From an uncultured Gammaproteobacteria bacterium (GTDB taxonomy: Bacteria > Pseudomonadota > Gammaproteobacteria > Magnimaribacterales > TMED112), in contig CAJWNO010000001.1 of the NCBI GenBank assembly GCA_913044115.1, forward strand, positions 27,452-91,451: a DNA stretch of 64,000 nucleotides, read 5' to 3'. This document shows, in pieces, positions 38,305 through 47,673 of this stretch; the stretch's first letter is position 1; each line of letters begins with the position of its first letter. The notes under the pieces were generated by a model, which had not been told where the DNA came from, did no database searches, and saw only the letters and a program-made list of their open reading frames with translations. The translations under genes were made by a program, and so were the position numbers.

Positions 38305-38915
38305 ACATAAACTCCCAAAGCAAACCCAATGGCAATTAAACAGCAGGAAGAAATTTTTGATATAGCTCTTTGTACAGAATGATTTAACAAAGACTTAAAG
38401 CCTTTATTAAGAACGAGGCTTAGGAATATAAACCACGTTGCGGTTGCAATAAAAAAATACAAAGAAATGCTTAATTGAAACAGTGTTGATGTATTTAAGA
38501 CGACACCACTGAAAAGTGAAACAAAAAAGATGAATGCTTTAACGTTAAATATATTTACCATCAATCCACCAGTGAAGCTTTGCCAAACATTTATTGATTG
38601 CCCTTCTTTTACGGCAAGATCTTTTATTTCTGGGTCTGCAAAAATTCCACTAACTCCAAGATATATTAAGTATGCTGCCCCAATAGTTCCAATTATTGTA
38701 TAGAGGCTAGGTATTTTTTGATACAAAAAATCTAGGCCAACAATAGCGAATAAACAGTGCAAAAATACTCCTAAACCTATGCCTGTGGCAGAGATGATTG
38801 AGCTCTTCAATCCTTTTTCGAAACTGCTTTTAACTATGTAGAAAAAGTCAGGTCCTGGTGAGGTGACAGCTACTAAATGTGCGAAAGCTAAAGACAGAAA
38901 TAAAGAAACACTCAT
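38295..38915 (-). CDS. LysE/RhtB family amino-acid exporter
   Basis: 206 aa with six hydrophobic segments. N-terminal 'TSPGPDFFYIV' is the family motif. Confidence 0.75.
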   Translation of the reverse strand: MSVSLFLSLAFAHLVAVTSPGPDFFYIVKSSFEKGLKSSIISATGIGLGVFLHCLFAIVGLDFLYQKIPSLYTIIGTIGAAYLIYLGVSGIFADPEIKDLAVKEGQSINVWQSFTGGLMVNIFNVKAFIFFVSLFSGVVLNTSTLFQLSISLYFFIATATWFIFLSLVLNKGFKSLLNHSVQRAISKISSCCLIAIGFALGVYVWT

Positions 38916-39883
38916 AGATATGTAGGCTCTCTCTCAAGCTGTATTCCATAATGTTCAATAACATAATTCTTCAGCAAATCTTCAACATGCTTAATATCTT
39001 GTGCAGAGACAATACCATTACTTGTAAGCACTAGAGCATGCTGATGCCAAAGCCCTATATTTCTGATTTTCATCCCCTTTAGTGAAAGCTTATCTAGCAT
39101 TTCACCAGCTGAGAACTTAACTTTATTTTCCGGTAAGTGATATTTTTTTAAGCCCTCCAATTTTAGATTACTATCTGCATCCTCAGACGAAATAATAGGA
39201 TTCTTAAAAAAACTGCCTAAATTTGGAAAATCCTTTGGGTTTGGTAACTTTGCGTTTCTTATTTTTCTGATTTCATCAATCATATCTTGGGCTTTAGAAA
39301 AAGAAGTATCTTGAAGGCTTTCATGTTCCAAGATAGGTTCAAAATCTTTCTTTAGTCTAAAACCTACTGCTAATACAATGAGATTAGAAGCATTTTGAAA
39401 CATGCTTTTTCTATAACCAAACTCACAATTTTCAGGCTTAATTTTTCTGGTTATTCTTAGCTCTGTATCAAAGCATTCAACAAAATCAATAAAACGTGAA
39501 ACTTCAAGACCATATGCACCTATATTTTGAATTGGAGCTGCTCCTACAGTGCCAGGAATACCAGCCAAATTTTCCAAACCAAAAATTCTTTTATTGCAGC
39601 AAAAATCAATCAGGTCATCCCACTCCACAGCAGCACCTACTTCGAGTAATACACTATTTCCTTCTTCCGAATATTTGAAATTATTGTTGGTAGATTTAAT
39701 TACTATTTTGGCAAAATGCCGCGGAAAAATAGTGTTGGTCCCTGAACCAATAATTTGCAATTGCTTTTGGTCATTTTCTGCTCGATCTAAAATTTTTATA
39801 AGATCATGCTCAGTCTCAAAGTGAAAGAACTCTGATGCTTCGGATTTCAAATTTAAGGCATTATTCTTAGTTAAATCGTGCAT
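38912..39883 (-). CDS. murB: UDP-N-acetylenolpyruvoylglucosamine reductase
   Basis: FAD-binding 'QIIGSGTN' and 'GIPGTVGAAPIQNIGAYG'. I prefer the start at ATG 39883, 1 nt after the kdsB stop, over the track's 39940. Confidence 0.88.
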   Translation of the reverse strand: MHDLTKNNALNLKSEASEFFHFETEHDLIKILDRAENDQKQLQIIGSGTNTIFPRHFAKIVIKSTNNNFKYSEEGNSVLLEVGAAVEWDDLIDFCCNKRIFGLENLAGIPGTVGAAPIQNIGAYGLEVSRFIDFVECFDTELRITRKIKPENCEFGYRKSMFQNASNLIVLAVGFRLKKDFEPILEHESLQDTSFSKAQDMIDEIRKIRNAKLPNPKDFPNLGSFFKNPIISSEDADSNLKLEGLKKYHLPENKVKFSAGEMLDKLSLKGMKIRNIGLWHQHALVLTSNGIVSAQDIKHVEDLLKNYVIEHYGIQLEREPTYL

Positions 39884-39884
39884 T

Positions 39885-40622
39885 TTATGAACTTTGTCCA
39901 ATATGTTGTCTAAGCTTAGATAAATCAGCCTCAGTATCAATGCCCCATGACTCTTTTAAATTAAGTTTAAGAACATGTAACGGCAATTCATTATCAAGTG
40001 CCCGCATTTGTTCTAACTTTAGATTTATTTCATTATCTGTTTTAGTTAATTTAGAAAAATTATTTAAAAAACCAGCCTGATAAGCATAAATTCCAATATG
40101 GTGTAGAACTTCCTTTGAAAAATCCTTAACTCTATTTGGTGTATCCCGAAAGAACTCTAGTGCTCTATTTTCATCATCTAAAATAACTTTTACCTTATTG
40201 AGATCTAATAGATCAGAGTTAGATGAAAAATGTTTGGCAATGGTTGCATATGCATAGTTATTTTCATGCATAAAGCTACCCAATTTATTGACAGCTTCTA
40301 TTTCAATTAAAGGTTCATCGCCCTGCACATTTATAATTATTTCCTCCGGCTTTAAACCAATTGTCTCAACGTATTCTTGTACACGATCTGTACCAGAATC
40401 ATGATTTTTTTGAGAAAGAAATGCCTTTCCACTTAAATCAATGATGAGATCAAAAATTTCATTGGAGTCAGTAACAACAATTACCTCATCAGCTTTGCTT
40501 TGAACACATCTTTCCCAGGTCATTTGAATTATTGTTTTATCTCCAACCTTTTGAAGGAGTTTTCTAGACAGTCTCTCTGAACCGATTCTAGCTGGAATTA
40601 AGATTTTAAAATTTTCAGCCAT
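39885..40622 (-). CDS. kdsB: 3-deoxy-manno-octulosonate cytidylyltransferase
   Basis: 'ILIPARIGSERL..K', 'NVQGDEPLI' and 'HIGIYAY' are KdsB motifs. 245 aa. Confidence 0.9.
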   Translation of the reverse strand: MAENFKILIPARIGSERLSRKLLQKVGDKTIIQMTWERCVQSKADEVIVVTDSNEIFDLIIDLSGKAFLSQKNHDSGTDRVQEYVETIGLKPEEIIINVQGDEPLIEIEAVNKLGSFMHENNYAYATIAKHFSSNSDLLDLNKVKVILDDENRALEFFRDTPNRVKDFSKEVLHHIGIYAYQAGFLNNFSKLTKTDNEINLKLEQMRALDNELPLHVLKLNLKESWGIDTEADLSKLRQHIGQSS

Positions 40623-43353
40623 GCACCTTTTCCGTAATAAGCTTACTTATATTGGTATTTAATTTAACGCCCATCTTTAGATACCAAATATTTTTGCCCT
40701 TGAACTTATCTCCCATTCTTGCTGCATCTTTTTCAGTCGTAAGAATTGGCCTTTCAAAATTGAACTCTATATCTTTCTTACTAAAGTAATGGTGGTCAGG
40801 AAATAGCCTGTAATCAAAATTAACTTTTAAGCTATTCAAGGTTTTTAAAAAACGATTTGGGTTAGCTATACCACTTACAACATTGGCGGTTTTTCCAAAA
40901 GGATAATCTTCAACTAAATATGAATCACCAGTATCAAGGTTTACCCAGGATTCTGGTTCAAGCTCGAAAAAATTATCGTTGCCATCTTTTCTGCCACTGT
41001 AGATGAAAAGATCAACCATTTTAGTTTTCCAAATGTTATCTCGTAAAGGTCCTGCAGGCAGGAAAAGCTGATTCCCAAAATTTCTATTAGCATCCTCTAC
41101 CACGACTTCAAAGTCTCTTCTTAAGGCGCTGTGCTGAAGACCATCATCAGAGATAACAATGTCACAATCGGTATGTCTTTCCAAGTATGAAAGTGCTCTT
41201 GCCCTGTCCCTATCAACAACAACATTGAAGCCTCTTTTATGATGAAAGATAGCTTCGTCACCAACTTCTTTTGCTGTTGTGTCATCTCCTATGAGTTTTG
41301 TGCCAGTAAATGAGCCTTTGTAACCTCTTAGGATGATTCCTGGTTTATAGCCGATATTTTTTAGATCAATTGCAATTTGACTTACTAAAGGAGTTTTTCC
41401 ATTTCCACCTACGGTCACATTTCCAACAACTACAACAGGTATTTCATTATCTGAGGAGGGTTTAGGTTTTATAAAAGTGTTTTTGAAACTACTAACTGCC
41501 CAATATAAAAAACTTAACGGCGTCAGGGCAATATTTCCAAAGTTATATTCATCCCAAAAACTCTTCTTCTCATTAATCAAAGTTGGGACAAAATCTATAT
41601 CCGAATCGGTTGTAATTGCTTCCTCAACCAGCTCAGGCTTACCTTGCAAGACATTGTATAAGCCCTCTTCTTTGATAAGTTCGTTGTGAGTTCCTGCTTG
41701 CGCTATTTCACCGTTTTCAAGAACACAAATTTTATCTGCTTTTTCAACTGTGCTTAATCTATGAGCAATTATGAATGTTGTTTTATTTTGAGAAGCTTTT
41801 TCAATTGCTGCTTGAATCTCTTTTTCTGATTCATTGTCCAGTGCGGATGTTGCCTCATCAAAAATTAATATTGATGATTGTTTCAAAAGTGCTCTAGCTA
41901 TTGCTACACGTTGCTTTTCGCCCCCCGACAAAGTAGTACCCTTGTCACCGATTATAGTATTAAATCCCTCAGGCAGATTCATAATGAATTCATAAGCATT
42001 TGCTTCTCTAGCAGCTTGAAATACTGCAGAATCTGAGACTTCATCTAAACCATAAGCGATATTATTTTTAACAGTATCATTAAACAAAGTTGGATCTTGA
42101 GAAACATAAGATATTGAATTACGTAAATCTGTGAGTTTAATTTTTTTTATGTCATATCCATCTATTCTGATTCTTCCTTCGTAGTCATCATAAAAACGGT
42201 TCAGCAAGTTTACGATTGTTGATTTTCCACTACCTGACTTGCCAACCAGTGCAATTGTCTCGCCCTTCTTTGCTGATATAGATATATTTTTTAAAACCGG
42301 CTCTGAATCATGTGAGTAAGAAAATGAGACATTTTCAATCTCAACTTCTCCTTCAAGTGTTTTGTTAATATCAAGGCCTTCATCGTACTTTTCTGGAGCA
42401 TTATCAATAGCAGAAAAAATATCCTCAGCTGCAGCCAAACCTCTTTGAATCACTGCATTTAGACTCGAAAGCTGTCTGATTGGTCTGGCCATTAAACCTG
42501 CAGCTGTAAAGAAGGCAACAAAAGATTCTGAAGGTAAGTTTAATTCGCTAAGGTTTGTTAAAGCCAAGTAGCTCATTGCAGCTAATGCAAAAGCCACAAA
42601 AACTTGTATTAGTGGTGTAGTGATATTGCCTGTACTTTCCATCTTTAAATTTTGTTTTAAATTTTCATCGTTGGCCCTTTTGAACCTTTCCTCCTCGCCG
42701 CTTTCATTATTAAAAGATTTTATTTCTCTAGCTCCAGACGCTATTTCATTACTTACTTGCGTAACTATTCCCATTACATCCTGAATCTTTTTAGCTACTC
42801 TTCTTAGGCGCTTTCCTGCAATTGATACGATAATCCCAATTAGAGGAGCAATTACCAGAATGACCAAAGTCAATTTCCAACTTAAGTACAGCAAATAAAT
42901 AAAAAGACCAATAAGGAGAAAACCTTCTTTCACAAGTATTTTTAAAGCATTTGTTGCAGCACCTGTAATCTGATTAGTTGTAAAGATAATTCTATTAACT
43001 ATTTCACCTTTAGAAGCTTGATCAAAAAAACTCATAGGCTGATACAAAAGACTTGAAATAAGATCTTCTCTGAGACTGTGAACCACCTTCAGCCCAACGT
43101 TTGCCATAAAATAATTACCAACATAGAACCCAATACCTCTGATTACAGATATAAAAGCTAAGAATAAAGCTAAATTAAGAGGGTTCAGAGGATTCTCATT
43201 GCTTTCATTTATGTAAGATATTACTTGTTTAAGCCATTCAACTGCAGATATGTCTGCTGCTGCGAACAAAATAAAACCAATAATGCTAAGAAAAAATAGC
43301 CCCTTGTGTTTGAAGGTATAGCCTAGAAGTCTTGTATAAAGGGATTTATTCAT
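40615..43353 (-). CDS. msbA-lpxK: fused lipid A flippase MsbA / tetraacyldisaccharide 4'-kinase LpxK
   Basis: One uninterrupted 912-aa frame. Residues ~1-572 form an ABC exporter: six TM helices, Walker A GKSGSGKST, signature LSGGEKQR, Walker B ILIFDEATSALD. Residues ~596-912 are LpxK: 'LSFLYWAV' N-terminal helix, P-loop 'VVVGNVTVGGNGKTP', 'ISDDGLQH'. Confidence 0.85.
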   Translation of the reverse strand: MNKSLYTRLLGYTFKHKGLFFLSIIGFILFAAADISAVEWLKQVISYINESNENPLNPLNLALFLAFISVIRGIGFYVGNYFMANVGLKVVHSLREDLISSLLYQPMSFFDQASKGEIVNRIIFTTNQITGAATNALKILVKEGFLLIGLFIYLLYLSWKLTLVILVIAPLIGIIVSIAGKRLRRVAKKIQDVMGIVTQVSNEIASGAREIKSFNNESGEEERFKRANDENLKQNLKMESTGNITTPLIQVFVAFALAAMSYLALTNLSELNLPSESFVAFFTAAGLMARPIRQLSSLNAVIQRGLAAAEDIFSAIDNAPEKYDEGLDINKTLEGEVEIENVSFSYSHDSEPVLKNISISAKKGETIALVGKSGSGKSTIVNLLNRFYDDYEGRIRIDGYDIKKIKLTDLRNSISYVSQDPTLFNDTVKNNIAYGLDEVSDSAVFQAAREANAYEFIMNLPEGFNTIIGDKGTTLSGGEKQRVAIARALLKQSSILIFDEATSALDNESEKEIQAAIEKASQNKTTFIIAHRLSTVEKADKICVLENGEIAQAGTHNELIKEEGLYNVLQGKPELVEEAITTDSDIDFVPTLINEKKSFWDEYNFGNIALTPLSFLYWAVSSFKNTFIKPKPSSDNEIPVVVVGNVTVGGNGKTPLVSQIAIDLKNIGYKPGIILRGYKGSFTGTKLIGDDTTAKEVGDEAIFHHKRGFNVVVDRDRARALSYLERHTDCDIVISDDGLQHSALRRDFEVVVEDANRNFGNQLFLPAGPLRDNIWKTKMVDLFIYSGRKDGNDNFFELEPESWVNLDTGDSYLVEDYPFGKTANVVSGIANPNRFLKTLNSLKVNFDYRLFPDHHYFSKKDIEFNFERPILTTEKDAARMGDKFKGKNIWYLKMGVKLNTNISKLITEKVHG

Positions 43354-44000
43354 TATTCTGAAATGCTTTTTTCAATAATATTTAAAGATTTATCTGCTCT
43401 TTTAGCAAATTCGATATCATGAGTAGCATAAATTACCAATGACTTATTCTTTCTTGCGTAAGCAAGTAGAAAATCTTGAACAATCAGGCTGTTTTCCTGA
43501 TCAAGATTTCCTGTTGGTTCGTCCAAAATAAGAATTTTTGGTTTTTTTGATAAAGCTCTGGCTATTGACGCTCTTTGCTTTTCTCCTCCTGAAACTTTAG
43601 ACGGATACTTATCTCTTATATGATCTATGCCAAGCTCTCTTAAAATCTCATCAATTTGCTGATTCTCTTGGCCACTGCAAGCAGCAACACAATTTTCGTG
43701 GATTGTTAGATTTTCCAATAAATAGTGGAACTGATAACCAAAACCAAATGTATCTTTTCTAAGCATGCTCTTTTCCTCAACACTCATTTCTCCTAATGAT
43801 TTTTGGTCTAAATGTATTGAGCCTTTATCAAAAACATCTAAACCTGAAATTAAGTTAAGCAATGTAGTTTTTCCAGAACCTGAAGAGCCAACGATGCTGT
43901 AAACCCCATGTGAACTAAAGTCATATGAAACATTTTCAAAGACAACTTGTTCTATTGAATTATCCTTATAGCTTTTGTGTAAATTTTTAATTGAAATCAT
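43353..44000 (-). CDS. lolD: lipoprotein-releasing ABC transporter ATP-binding protein
   Basis: Walker A GSSGSGKTT, signature VSGGEKQR, Walker B ILILDEPTGNLD. Adjacent to a LolC/E-type permease. Confidence 0.85.
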   Translation of the reverse strand: MISIKNLHKSYKDNSIEQVVFENVSYDFSSHGVYSIVGSSGSGKTTLLNLISGLDVFDKGSIHLDQKSLGEMSVEEKSMLRKDTFGFGYQFHYLLENLTIHENCVAACSGQENQQIDEILRELGIDHIRDKYPSKVSGGEKQRASIARALSKKPKILILDEPTGNLDQENSLIVQDFLLAYARKNKSLVIYATHDIEFAKRADKSLNIIEKSISE

Positions 44001-45217
44001 GATCTATTTATTATGTTTACAGGGTTAGTATTAGCCGCTTTATTTGAGGGCATGTACCCAAAAATTACAAGCAAAATAAAGGTTGCAAGATTGATCCATA
44101 ATATTTGTTGAAAATTAACTATGGATGGAAAATAGTCTAGATAATATACATCCAACATTGAGATATTAAAAACCTGAGAAAGAAGGTTTAAGAATTCTGT
44201 GATGTTCGAAGCTAGCAGGAAGCCTAGCAAGTTACCAATTAAAATTCCCACCAATCCTATAGTAAGAATAAGTTGCATAAAGACACTTTGTATCTCCCAT
44301 CTTGAGTAGCCCATTGTTCGCAATATAGCTATTTCTTTTTCATTGTTCTTAATTAAGTTATTCACCGACATCAGAAGACTTAGAACAGCTACCAACAAAA
44401 TAAGAGACATAAGCAATGAAACCATTATTTTCTCAAGTTGTACTGCTCTAAAAAGACCACCATATGACTGATCCCAGCTGCTGAGCTTAATGTATTCATC
44501 GGTCTCAAGTTCATTTATGATATTTCGCCCTATAGATCTTGCTTCTAAGACATTCTTTACCCTGATTTCAATACCTGTACCATTTTTTGGTTTAATAAGC
44601 TTATTGAAGGCATCTGTGCTTACTAAACCATACATTTGGTCAACTTCTGAACCAACTGAAAACAAGCCAACAACTTTAAAAGCTACAACTCTAGGAACCC
44701 CAATCAAAGGATTTGTTTGATCAATATTCAGCAAATTAACTGAATCACCAACTGCTACATTTAATTCATATGCCAGGCTATCTCCTAGAATTATGGTTGC
44801 ACCATCATCAAGTTGAGATAATTCCCCAATAAGCATATTTTCTGGAATAATTGAAATTTCATTTGTACCAGAGGTGCCTTTGAGCATAATGCCCTTAGAG
44901 TTATCTTTATTATTAATTACAACTTGTGAAGCCAAGTAAGGTGCCACATCAAGCACTAAATTATTTTGTTTTATTTGATCAAACAGCTTATCGGTATCAG
45001 TAAAACCACCACTTTTTTCAATAGTGACATGCGGTATTACACCGAGTATTCTTTTTTGTAACTCGTTCTCAAATCCATTCATCACAGATAAAACAACGAT
45101 TAGTACAGCGGTACCTATACCCACTCCGCTCGAAGTTAAGATTGTTTGTGATGATAAAGATTTAGATCCTCTCTTGAAGAGATAACGAAATGAAATTTTT
45201 CTTAAGAATTTGTTCAA
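43997..45217 (-). CDS. LolC/LolE-family lipoprotein-releasing permease (single copy here)
   Basis: 406 aa with MacB/FtsX-type topology. N-terminal 'RYLFKR..S......S..GV.IG..VLIVVLSVMNGFENEL' is typical of LolC/E. Confidence 0.85.
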   Translation of the reverse strand: MNKFLRKISFRYLFKRGSKSLSSQTILTSSGVGIGTAVLIVVLSVMNGFENELQKRILGVIPHVTIEKSGGFTDTDKLFDQIKQNNLVLDVAPYLASQVVINNKDNSKGIMLKGTSGTNEISIIPENMLIGELSQLDDGATIILGDSLAYELNVAVGDSVNLLNIDQTNPLIGVPRVVAFKVVGLFSVGSEVDQMYGLVSTDAFNKLIKPKNGTGIEIRVKNVLEARSIGRNIINELETDEYIKLSSWDQSYGGLFRAVQLEKIMVSLLMSLILLVAVLSLLMSVNNLIKNNEKEIAILRTMGYSRWEIQSVFMQLILTIGLVGILIGNLLGFLLASNITEFLNLLSQVFNISMLDVYYLDYFPSIVNFQQILWINLATFILLVIFGYMPSNKAANTNPVNIINRS

Positions 45218-46608
45218 GACAATTTTTTCATTACTTTTGAGAGTAACTCAAAAGGCCCGCTTCTTGGGGGTCTCAGCATTGCAAAAATACTATCTGTATT
45301 TGTCTGATAATAAATTGATCTTAAGTTTGAAAAGTTAAGAAAACCCTCATGACCATGATAATAACCATAACCAGAAGGTCCAACACCACCAAATGGTAAT
45401 CTAGATTGCATCAAATGGAACATAGTGTCGTTTATTGTGACACCACCAGACCTTGTATTATTTATTACAAAATTTTGCTCTGACTTTTTGTTACCAAAGA
45501 AATATAGTCCCAGTGGATGATCATGGTCATTTACATAAGAGACAGCCTCGCTCAAATCTTCGTAAACCATTACAGGCAGAAGAGGTCCAAAGATTTCTTC
45601 TTGCATAACACGCATTCCATCGTTCACATCAAGCAAGACTTTAGTAGCCATAGTATTTTTTTCATTTGAATCAAAATTACCTAAATCTATAACTTTTGCT
45701 CCCTTTTCTTTTGCATCTGTAAGATACTCATGCATTCTATTGTGGTGGTGATCATTGACCATAGAGGTGTAGTCAGAACTATCATTTTCAGGGTAAAAAG
45801 TATTAAAAACTTTCTTTAATTCAGCTATGAGTTGGTCTTCCATACCCTTTTTAACCAAGACATAATCAGGAGATAAACAAATTTGTCCTGCGTTAAGAGT
45901 CTTAACAAACATTATTCTCTTTGCCACGAGCTCTAAATTCGCATCTGAAGCAATTATTGTTGGGCTCTTACCGCCAAGCTCTAATGTTGTAGGAACAAGA
46001 TTTTTTGCTGCATTGGCTACAACTTTCTTCGCTATATTGCCACTGCCTGTATAAAGTAAATGATCTAGTGGAAGAGCAGTAAATTCTGCTCCAACTTCTG
46101 GTCCACCAAGAAAAACTGCAAACTCCGATTCATCAAAATACTTTCCGACCGCTTCTTTTACAAGGTTTGCAGTATTTGGAGTAAATTCTGAGGGTTTAGC
46201 CATAATTCTGTTTCCTGCAGCAAGAATTGATGCAGCTGGATAGAAAATCATGCCAATAGGAAAGTTCCATGGAGCAATTATTCCTACTGTACCCAAAGGC
46301 GATGGTTGTAGTACAGCTTTAGAGCCAAGCATATCTGCCATAAAGGAAGAAGCTCTTCTCGATGGCTTCATCCATTTCTTTAGATTTTTAATAGTGAAAT
46401 TAAGATTTCTAACTGATTGTATTATTTCAGAAGTCATAATTTCTGTTTCAGATCGATTTTTATAGTCTTCGTTGAGAGCCTCTACTATCTGGACATCATG
46501 TGTTTCTAATAATGCTATACATCTTTTAAGGCTATCGATTCGCTGATTGTAAGATGGTTGTCCGTTTTCTATGAATGCTTTCTTTTGCAGATTGAGTGTT
46601 TCTATCAT
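45214..46608 (-). CDS. NAD(P)-dependent aldehyde dehydrogenase (class-3 / coniferyl-aldehyde-DH-like)
   Basis: 'LELGGKSP' and catalytic Cys 'NAGQICLSPDYVLV'. 464 aa. Confidence 0.85.
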   Translation of the reverse strand: MIETLNLQKKAFIENGQPSYNQRIDSLKRCIALLETHDVQIVEALNEDYKNRSETEIMTSEIIQSVRNLNFTIKNLKKWMKPSRRASSFMADMLGSKAVLQPSPLGTVGIIAPWNFPIGMIFYPAASILAAGNRIMAKPSEFTPNTANLVKEAVGKYFDESEFAVFLGGPEVGAEFTALPLDHLLYTGSGNIAKKVVANAAKNLVPTTLELGGKSPTIIASDANLELVAKRIMFVKTLNAGQICLSPDYVLVKKGMEDQLIAELKKVFNTFYPENDSSDYTSMVNDHHHNRMHEYLTDAKEKGAKVIDLGNFDSNEKNTMATKVLLDVNDGMRVMQEEIFGPLLPVMVYEDLSEAVSYVNDHDHPLGLYFFGNKKSEQNFVINNTRSGGVTINDTMFHLMQSRLPFGGVGPSGYGYYHGHEGFLNFSNLRSIYYQTNTDSIFAMLRPPRSGPFELLSKVMKKLS

Positions 46609-47622
46609 TTATATTCCCCTGATAATATTTACTATACATCTAACCCAACTATCATTCGAGTTTAGTGATGGTACATAATCAAGTTTCTGACCACCCTTTT
46701 CAATAAATAGTTCCTTATATTCGTCTCCAATTTCGATGATGGTCTCTAGACAGTCACCTGTAAAAGACGGCGATACAACAAGTACATTTTTTACACCTTC
46801 TTCAGCAAATTGTTCTAATACTTTATCGCTAAAAGGTTTAACCCATTTAGAATCTAATCTTGATTGAAATGCTGTGATGGTTTTAGAGGAATTTATACCA
46901 ATTTTTTCAACCAGCAATTTTGTGGTTTCATAACATGTTGCTCTATAACAATGATGATTATCGCCCTGCACACCGTCTTCACATTCACGATCATCGCATC
47001 TGCCACTTTCATAGACTTCATCAAGCTGACTCATAGGCAGACCGTGATAGCTAAATATTATTTTGTCATATGAATTTAGATCAAACTTTTCTATATTTTC
47101 TGCAAAAGCATCTAAGAAATCTTCGTTATCATAAAATTGATCAACAGTTTTGACAGATGGAATAACTATCCAATTTGCAATTTGTTTTAGAGAGTAATCC
47201 AGGAATGATCCATTTGCTGCTGAAGAATATTGGGGAAAAACTGGAAAAAGTATAATTTCATCATATCCTTTGTTTTCAAGCTCTTTTAAGCGATCTTTGA
47301 TAGAAGGATTCTTATACCTCATTGCATAATATACATCGTGACTATCTTTAAGTTTATCTTGAACTTTAGTTGTCAAATCTTCCATATGATATTTCAATGG
47401 AGAACCTCTTTCGGTCCAAAGTTCCTTATAGCTTTTTGAAGATGAGAAAGTTCTAGTTGGAACTATGATTAAATTCACAAGCAGATATCTTAAAAATGAA
47501 GGAATGTTAATAATTCTGCCGTCACCTAAAAATTCTCTTAAATAACTCGCAACGTCAAACCATCCTGGACTATCAGGAGTTCCCAAACTTATCATTAAGA
47601 CCGCTTTTTTATTTGTATGCAT
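46609..47622 (-). CDS. hemH: ferrochelatase
   Basis: 'VLMISLGTPDSP', 'LFPVFPQYSSA' and 'FSYHGLP' motifs. 337 aa. It contains a Cys4 insert (see findings). Confidence 0.9.
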   Translation of the reverse strand: MHTNKKAVLMISLGTPDSPGWFDVASYLREFLGDGRIINIPSFLRYLLVNLIIVPTRTFSSSKSYKELWTERGSPLKYHMEDLTTKVQDKLKDSHDVYYAMRYKNPSIKDRLKELENKGYDEIILFPVFPQYSSAANGSFLDYSLKQIANWIVIPSVKTVDQFYDNEDFLDAFAENIEKFDLNSYDKIIFSYHGLPMSQLDEVYESGRCDDRECEDGVQGDNHHCYRATCYETTKLLVEKIGINSSKTITAFQSRLDSKWVKPFSDKVLEQFAEEGVKNVLVVSPSFTGDCLETIIEIGDEYKELFIEKGGQKLDYVPSLNSNDSWVRCIVNIIRGI

Positions 47623-47673
47623 TGATTAAGTATATACGGGTGAATGAGAGTAAATCCAATCACTAATTAGCAA

